Shown one piece after another: positions 55,701 to 64,000 of a DNA stretch of 64,000 nucleotides. Made by a program: the position numbers and the translations under genes. This DNA is from Saccostrea cucullata (lineage: Eukaryota): assembly GCF_032062105.1 (NCBI RefSeq), contig NW_026939778.1, forward strand, positions 682,001 through 746,000. Direction: 5' to 3'. Below the pieces are notes generated by a model. It saw nothing but the letters and a program-made list of their open reading frames with translations. It made no database searches and had not been told where the DNA came from. Position 1 is the stretch's first letter, and each line of letters begins with the position of its first letter.

Positions 55701-57849
55701 TCTGTGCCACTTTTATAACTTTTTTCATTATTTTATGCAGAAAAATTAATGCCTAGGTAAACAATAAAATATTTATTCTATAGCTTTCTTACAAAATAAA
55801 TTCCATTAAATATCCGTTGATGACAAAGGAAAAAACTGTGCTTCATCAAGTTAATCATTCCTCAACGTGTTATCCATTGCCATCATGCGGTAGCCATCTT
55901 GTGAAGTTAGGAAGTCGCTATCGTTTACTAAAAGTAAAACCGCAAAATCAAAATTTAAAATACGGAAAAATTTTCAAGATCACAAGTGTAGTGTTTTACC
56001 ATTAATTAGTAGATTGATAAATTGAAATAGTATTAATTTTTTGATTGTAAAAGTCTTATATTTATTATAATGTAAAATGAGTGAAATAAATTGTTGCCAG
56101 TCAATTCCTAAAAATCGTTTTGAAAGATAGTTTGAAGTTTTACAAGCAATTATGGAAATATACATGGGGATGATAAAAAATTAATTTTATTGATATGGAG
56201 TTTTACAAGCAAAGAATTAGTAATAAATGCAGTTTACAGAAATTTGATTTAAAACAGAAATATAATTTTAACTGATATTATAAGGTTTATTAAAAGCTTC
56301 TTCGTACACAAGAAGTACACTGAATTACCGCTATACAAAGATTGGCTTCTAACGAATTTTAATTGTCTGACAGATAAAAGGATTTACACTGTGTGTACGC
56401 GCAAAGGTTTCAACACCTGTGTTGGTTTAATACCCACAGGGCATGATTAGCAAATCCACATGCCGCTATAGGGTATTAGTGTTACACATCATTGAACAAA
56501 CAAAGCCATGAAATTCATAATGACTGTCAAATTGTGGATGTACCGGTACTCTCAATTAAATTTATAAATTAAACTTACAGCGTGGTAATATTATTTCAAT
56601 TCTTTACTGTTGTTTTATATATACATTCAATGGTCGTTTGCGGGTTTTAGCAAATCCCTGAAGAACAAAAATGAAAATGGCGGACATCGAAGCAATTGTC
56701 GTCCACCGGTAAATAAATAACTGAATAAACTATATTAGGAATGTGTCCAAGTTGTTCTGAAATCAGAATTATTATTCTTTGATCTCGGGTATTTCCCGAA
56801 TTATAGCTGAAAATAAGAAACATATTTACGTGTTATTTTTGCCTCTGGTTTAACAACAGTATGAAACTACGGAGGCATTGAACAGGCAAGTTGGAGAAAA
56901 AAAGTAGTAACACAATTCAAAGATGTTTTAACTACATTTTTTTAAAAACTTTATTTAAATGCTGTACTCATTAAAATACCTGTTTGTTTTCTTGATACGT
57001 TCATGTCACGGAATTGCCCCGGTAATTTTAGAGGTTTACCTGTTCTAATATGTTGTATCTGCGTAAGAATCTTTAGAAAACGGGAAACAAAGCCTCGTCC
57101 TATATAGTAAGTTCGTCCTATCTTATGATTTTTCAAAAATTAAGGCTGAAAATGAGCCTTTCGACCTATATACCCCATCGACTTATAATCCGAAAATTAC
57201 GGTAAGTTATAAACTTACAGTCAAACCTCAACATCTCAAACTCAATGGAATCCCCCCCCCAAAAAAATCAGATATCTGATGTATCTGTGGGGTATTTGAT
57301 CAAGTGGAGGATCCCTTATTTTTAATTCTGATAACTCACTCACCTTGGTACAACCACTAGCAGAGTCTGCAGGTACTCTGAGTCCAAAACAAAATCCTCT
57401 CGCTTCACAAGCTCGGCAAGGTTTCTTGTGAAAAGACTTCCACTGAAACAATCATTTTTTTTATATACATTTAAAGTGTTCATTTTGAACAAAATGATTC
57501 ATTCAAACTATGTTTTCTAAAAGTTAATGGAACTAAAAACAAAAAGACATCAAAAAGTTAAAGATATTGAGAGTACAATTCATAAAGAAATGTTGTTGTT
57601 ACTTCCAAATTCACTTTGAGATACCCATGATATTCAAGATATTTATATCTTCAAAATATCAAAGTTCAAGTGAACATAAATTTCCTAACAGCTTCTACCT
57701 CATGACTTGGAAATGATTTCCGACAAATTACTTATTTAAACCCGTACTCTAACTTACGTTGATTTTCTTTCCAGGTTCTGTAAGTTTCCTTTTAAGTTGT
57801 TATACGCTGTGGCTTTTGTTTTCAAGTCTGTTTCAATCTGTGAAACTTG
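52729..57849 (-). CDS. ATP6V1C1: V-type proton ATPase V1 subunit C, 5'-partial
   Basis: Phase-consistent exons 57849-57758, 57442-57344, 55427-55359, 54929-54837, 54158-54065, 53515-53418, 53249-53129, 52833-52729 (TAG). Encodes [59 protein letters not shown] and [10 protein letters not shown]. No upstream exon was found in 57850-64000. Confidence 0.95.
53715..53943. mobile_element. Inverted pair of tRNA-derived SINE units
   Basis: 53715-~53812 (+) has an A-box tagctcaattggtagagc and a degenerate B-box; ~53846-53943 is a diverged reverse-complement copy. Confidence 0.7.
54968..55335 (-). mobile_element. HINE-like 3' fragment
   Basis: aacaagaggtccaggggccacatcactcacctgagc terminus plus typical internal repeat remnants. 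Confidence 0.6.
55572..57202. mobile_element. 1.6-kb non-autonomous Tc1/mariner-pogo-type element
   Basis: TIR ccgtaattttcgggttataggtcgat / atcgacttataatccgaaaattacgg with TA flanks; no transposase ORF. Confidence 0.8.
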
Positions 57850-58039
57850 CTGGAAACAAAGGTTAGAATAACATACCGTTTATTCTTAAGAACTTGTCTT
57901 ACACTTCCATCCAAATAAGTGGTACATGTAAAATGTTTTTTCTTATAACTCTTAAGATTCTTTGTGTAAAATCACAAGGAGCAAGTTTCAAACAATTCAT
58001 TATATATTATATTTTCAATATTTTCAGTACATACATACA

Positions 58040-58282
58040 GCTCCCCTCCCCTCTATGGAACCCCTGACCCTGGGGCCTTGAAATTCACAATTCTGGTAGA
58101 TTATCATAACTATATAGGTAGTTCATCTGCTTAATACCCAGGAGCAAAGAAGAAAATTTTCAAAGATTTAATGTATTTGCATTATATAATCAATAGAGCC
58201 CCGCCCTAACACCAGAATCCCTGACCCTGGGGTCATAAAATTTATAATTTTTAAAGAGGCATTCTTGCTCATCATAACTATT
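58040..58282 (-). mobile_element. Fragment of the same HINE family as 3584-5524
   Basis: Reverse complement matches 3900-4150 (ggggtcaggg..gtgttagggcggggctctattgattatata); truncated at about 58282. Confidence 0.7.
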
Positions 58283-61200
58283 GTAACGTGCCCGAGGTAT
58301 GAGGCTTTATAATTGATCAAATCTCCAATGAAGGAGATATATTTCATTGTAACCAATATATGTGGTACTTCCTGGTAATTTGTTATTTGGTAATCCTGGT
58401 TGATTTGGTAAGATAAATCCCTGTGTTGGTCAGTAAAATATTGCATTGCAGAGGCAAACAAGAGCACAACATAAGATAATTCAAGTTTCAGCAATAATTT
58501 AATAAAGGAATAACAGTTACTGTAATACTGATGACTGGAAAAACCAAATGAACAGTGGTGATAATACAATTGGTCAGACCGGACGTCACATAATTATGAT
58601 TTGGTCACGCTATTATGATTTGGTAACGTTATTATGATTTGGTAAAGTGATGACTGTTGATTTTCCATAATAAATCAATTTGGTCAAATGTACACAATGG
58701 TAAAACTTCAAAGAGACTGTTGAATTCCTTAATAAATCTATTTGGTCAATATAATCTATAGTAAAAACTCCCCAACCGTTAGTTATATCAGTGTTTACGT
58801 ACAAATTCTATTAAAGTTGTTGCGCAGACGTTCTGCAGAGTCAAACTGAAACTTCAGCGTCCGTGGCGACGCTTATATAGGGTAAACTACCGGACATGCG
58901 CAGTGCGCTTTACCTAACCAAAAGGGAAAGTATAGACCAAAATGGCAGACGATACTAACAACATCGCCGAAGTGGGACAAACCATGAAAAATACGAACAA
59001 TGTGACGCCGAATCGTAAAACAAATACATAATAATAAAGAATGAAGGTAAGTTGCATAAAAATGTACAATACAAGTTGCGTATAAGTTAACAATAATAAA
59101 ATAATGACGTTCGAGGACGGAGAACAATAACCTAAACCCCCCTTGTAAATTAGAATCTTCCGAATCGCCATGACCAAAAAGGAAAACAACGTGATCGACA
59201 GACACACATGAAAAACGGTATTTACGATCAATTTAAACAATGTACTGTAAGTAAAATGAAATAAACACTCATAATAAATACTGTTTCAATCATAAGAGTC
59301 CATAATTTTACGTATCAGTCCATATTTCCTCCGTGGTAAACTTGGTCATTTACCAAACATGAAAGTGTAGGATTTACCAAACATGGAATAATAGGAAGTA
59401 CCAAACATCGTTTTATAGTACACTTGGTAATGTTTACAGTTCATTTATAATTGCTATAAGAGAAATCATGTACAAATAATGTTTACAAATAATTATACAC
59501 ATGTGACATATAGAGGGGGGGGTCTCAAAACACAAATATTTCACATTATCCCCTCCTTTGAAAAATTGTTCGTCCTCGAACAAAAAAAATATGTGAAAAC
59601 AAGTAATGATTGTAGACAATTTAGTAATAAATAATTATAACGAAATATCAATTATCGACATATAGATTTATAACATGAAATAAAACAATTTTTCTTTTTA
59701 CTCAGAAGACACAGAATCCAGTAATGTTTGCAGTAATGGCCCACTCAGATGAAGATTCAATCAATGGTAATATTGTATGAATTATCACACAGTTATAATT
59801 ACACATATCATAAAATATCAAAAGTAAAACATGATCCATTACAAAAATGGTCATCATTCCTTTCAATAAAATAAATATTTTCAAAAATCCATCCCCCTCC
59901 CAAAGCATACTCAAATTGCTTATAATTCTAACAAATACCCTTAATAATATAAAAGTCTTTATACCTATACCATATAGTCTCACAGTCCATAAGTCAGCAT
60001 CATCATCGTGAAGGAAGAAAGTTTGTTTCGCATCACACAGAATTTCTGTTTCCCTTAACTTCCACAAGTTAGAGTATAAATTGGCGGTTACCACATCTGA
60101 TTGACATCTCTGGCGATCACATCAAATTAGTCTATTAATCAGGTTAATATATCTGGAATGCCTGTAACAAGGAGTTGATGATCTGTTTTAATACTGTTCA
60201 TAATTATAAGATCTCTGATTGTAGGTGGTTACCCAAGATGTAGGGTAGAGTGTCACTTGACAGCTAGAACATTATGGCATGCAGGCAGGAGTCTTGGTTT
60301 GCATTTATCCTTCCTGTGCTGATCAGACTGCATGTGGACTTGTATCAAACTTTTTCAAACAACCATGGATCAGTGCTGTATATTCTTAAGGGCACTCATA
60401 TAGAAAGGTAAACAGGTCTGGTAAAAGTAATATAATCATATGTGATGTCCAATCAGTCAGTTGACTATCGTTAATTCATGACAATTCTGAATGTTCGTAG
60501 AAAATTTTACAGTTTGAACTTTTCCATAACACTCTTTGAGAAGATTAAGGTGTACTGCTTAATCGCCACTGTCATGTTGTACTGTATCCTGTACTCTAGG
60601 TCACTAAGTTTATTTTATTTATTAAACTGATGGTATAATGTCACTCCAATGTTTTAGTAAATTTTGGATAGATGCCACTCTTCTGCTTTTTATGAGAAAG
60701 CCATGTGGTTCTGTCTTGAAGGAAACTTGTTTTGCATTATGATCATAATGAATCGATGTATCTGTCTGTAATTAGCTTTAAGCATTTTCAATTACAGTCA
60801 ATTCTCGAATTATCGCCATTCGATTCATCGCCATTTTCGCTATACCGCCATGATTTCCCAAGAACGTTTTTCCTGCTATATAAAATTCTCTTTATAACGC
60901 CAAATTCGCATACCGCCATCCGCCACCCTGTTTTCACAACAAACGTCCATTTTTAAGTGTCAATTATTTCGATATACCGCCATAGGTGCGTGTGGTCAGT
61001 GAAGCGCGGTTAATTGGTTGACACTATCCCTGTTGTAAAGCATGTAAAGGCAGGCAATGTACAAGCAATTACGTAATTAAACAAGAACTAAATAAACAAG
61101 AATTTTAACATGAACTGTTCTAATAATTTTGTTTTCTGTTGAATAAGATTCATATAGTCACGGCTTTGCCACGAAAGCGGTCGTTGTTAAACTACGCCGA

Positions 61201-61532
61201 TAACTATATTATTTAGATTTTCTCTGCTTTAAACAATGCAAAGTTTGCTGAAAAAATAATTATTAATACATTATAAATTGTGAATTTTGAATTGACAATG
61301 TTGCCATATATAAACAATATTATTCAAGAATTCATTTTACTCACTATCGGCAATATATCACGACGATTTACCCAGCATGTTTTTTTTTAAAGCAGAACTG
61401 CAGATTTAAATGCACACCCATGTACTTGTCTTTATTTTTATAACTGCACATATTGTTTCATATATATAGCGAATTTGTACATTAAAAAAATTACTTGAAG
61501 TATTTTCAATCAGAAATATATGTTTTTAAATA

Positions 61533-61749
61533 CTGTAAACCAACTTTTATTCGCGACGACTTTATTTCGCGATTTACCAGGGGAAAACTATTTTGCGACG
61601 ATTAATTTTCGCGATCAAGCTGATTTTGGATCTGTTATTAATGTACACAGAGACTTTAAGACCGATTCACGGCGAGAAATATTCGCGATGACAAGGCTCT
61701 CGCGAACTTCGCGAAAATTTCTCGCACGCGAATAAAAGTTGGTTTACAG
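61533..61749. mobile_element. TA-flanked MITE, apparently nested in an older element starting near 60794
   Basis: TIR ctgtaaaccaacttttattcgcg / cgcgaataaaagttggtttacag with TA flanks. Confidence 0.85.
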
Positions 61750-64000
61750 TACATGTACATATAATAATAAGAACATAAACGCTAAATGGTATTTCTAAGA
61801 ACGGTAACTCTACTTCTTGTTTTCCAGAAGATGGGAAATTCAATTCATCGCCAAATTGGTTATACCGCCATGATTTCTAAATTACAAAAGGTGGCGGTAA
61901 ATGCTTTGTTATTATTGTAATTCTGTGTCACTTTATTGTTTTCATATTCGTCTTTATTTCATTTCACTTTGACTTTTACCATTCTTCATTTTGTCTTTAC
62001 TTCTATGTTGCTTTATTTTTTTTTAATTCATTCTACTTTCTTTTAAACTTAAACAGTTTCTTAAATAAATTAACAGCATTATCTCTACTACGAATGTTAA
62101 TTCAATCACGCTAACATTGAAGCATATTCAATGAAGACGAATGGAAGTTGTCAGCATTATAACACTAGGTGGTGTGGTGTTCACTACGAGTGTTGGTAAA
62201 ACTAGGTAAGCAAACCCGTGCTGGGGTTATTTGAGATTCTTCAATAGGCCTTAGTACTTTATCAATCGAACTTCTGAAGGCCGGATCCGATCACCCGATT
62301 CAATGATGGAAACTCCATATTTATTTTCTCTGGGTATACAGGAATACCAGCCTCTTTTTTTCAGACATAACTTTATACTATACTGAATATGTTCATTAGG
62401 TATAGTAGGAAGAAAATTTAAATTTGATTCTATAGAAGAAGTTGAATCTAACTCAAAACCCACCCCGCCCCCGAAATAGGATTTTATTGGCGTCGGAAGC
62501 TAATTGAAAGTGGGGGGGGGGGGGGGGGTAATTATAAGATTTCTTTTTAGACCTTCAAAAAAAACCTGAAAAAAAAAAAGAAATGTCCATTTTCCAAACA
62601 CAAAAATCCTATTTCGTGAGAAGGGGGGGGGGGGGGGGGGGTTTGAAGGTTCGAACTCCAGTGCCAAAGTTTTTTTTCCCCAAATTCCACTACTTTCCCC
62701 ATCTTAAACCTTTACTGCATCGTGTCCATGGAAAGTGGGGTGTGGTGGGGGTGGGGGCTAAACCTACGCAGGAATGTTCAATGTCTATACTAAGTCTATC
62801 TTTGGAAAGAAGTGGGGGCTAAGCCCCTCTCCCCCCTCCCCGGTTCTGACGCCTATGTATTTTCAAGTTTGGACAATTTCCTGGGGTATATTTTGCGCTT
62901 GTCAAGTTGTTTTCAGCTGGGCAGCTTGAATATTTATTCTCTTGTTGCCCCCCTCCCCACTTTCAAAAACGATGCTACGTCACTGTTCTCTCGCCTGAAA
63001 AATATAACTCTACTAAAGTTATTTGTTGAATATTTGAATTTCAGTTTAATTGGATATAAAAATGTTAAATATTTTGATACTACAAAGTTTTTCGGAACCT
63101 TCCACTGAACAGAACTTTATTTCACGACAGATAGTAACTGCTGATGCACGTGAATCTGCAGGGCTTTGCAAAGGAGTGAGGAGCGTTATGGGTAGGCAGG
63201 CAGGGATCCAGAATTTTTTTCCAGTGGGGGGGGACAACCCAGTCAAAAAAAAATCCAATCCCAGAATTTTCTTGACAAGCATAAAAAGAAGAAAAAAAAA
63301 CTAAACTCGCTCAAACGTCAAAATTCTATTTCGGGGGGGTGGGGGGGTTTAACTTTTTTCCCTTGTTTTAGTAACCTTGTAAATTCCAGGGGGTCCTCCC
63401 CCCCCTCTAGATCCACGCATTGAAGGCGAAGTCGGAACCAGACTACATGCACCCAGGCATACTAGAAACACCCAGGTCTTTTTTTCTGCGTTAATATTTG
63501 ATATTTAAATAGCACTTTTTAATAAAGAAAGAAATATCTTTAGTATGCACCGTGTTTGTCATCAACCAGGAGAGCTAAAAAAAACCTTAAAACTCAAAAA
63601 TTCTATTTGGTGGTAGTGAAAGGGGGGGGGGGGGTCGTCAACTTTTTTCAGTAATAAGTTTTACACATATGCATACATGTTAACCTATTGTGATGGGGGA
63701 GGACCTCAAAAGCGGGGGGGGTTTAACGCTTGGATTATCGATATCTTTCATGTAATATACATGTATATTATAAGCCTTAAATGAAATCAGGTACCTACAC
63801 TAATTAATTTAAATATCAGTAATAAGTTTTACACATATGCCACTAAGTACATGACTTTATATATATAAATTGACTATTAGTACTGCAACAAAAAGTGTAA
63901 GGGATGTCAGCTTCTGGGGGCATGACAAGCCTTTCGCTGAATTTTTCCAGTAGTAAAAAATTACATTTAGGAAAATGTTTCGAGATTTTATGGCCACCCT

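Noticed and set aside
58873-60094. Hydrophobic minus-strand ORFs of 108-130 aa
   Set aside because: The composition reflects AT-rich sequence, the frames overlap, and no motif is recognisable.
62250-63720. Short ORFs and G/C homopolymer tracts as missing ATP6V1C exons or functional G-quadruplexes
   Set aside because: None encodes the expected FQWDMAKYP-like upstream segment; the G-runs belong to MITE remnants common throughout the window.

Overview
AT-rich, intron-rich animal genomic DNA. The repeat landscape (Helentron/HINE-like elements with internal satellite arrays, a V-domain SINE, many TA-flanked MITEs) suggests a bivalve such as an oyster; this is inference. Four recognisable genes were reconstructed by hand with phase-consistent GT-AG exons: the 3' part of ACSS3 (+), complete myotrophin MTPN (-), DNAAF1/LRRC50 (+) and the 3' part of V-ATPase subunit C ATP6V1C (-). 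A fifth, unrecognised 6-exon gene of about 179 aa (-, 39245-42288) lies head-to-head with DNAAF1 and is largely missed by the ORF track. The main observations are: (1) ACSS3 has two homologous, intact last coding exons. (2) An ACSS3 splice acceptor is amplified into a 30-bp in-frame minisatellite, and a donor is also tandemly duplicated. (3) Two large non-coding foldback transposons have CACGG termini, one with a perfect and one with a 4/5 5-bp flanking duplication (Transib-like). (4) A duplicated copy of the orphan gene's putative promoter is fused to one foldback and points into it, a candidate hairpin-RNA source. All calls come from manual reading; no searches were run.
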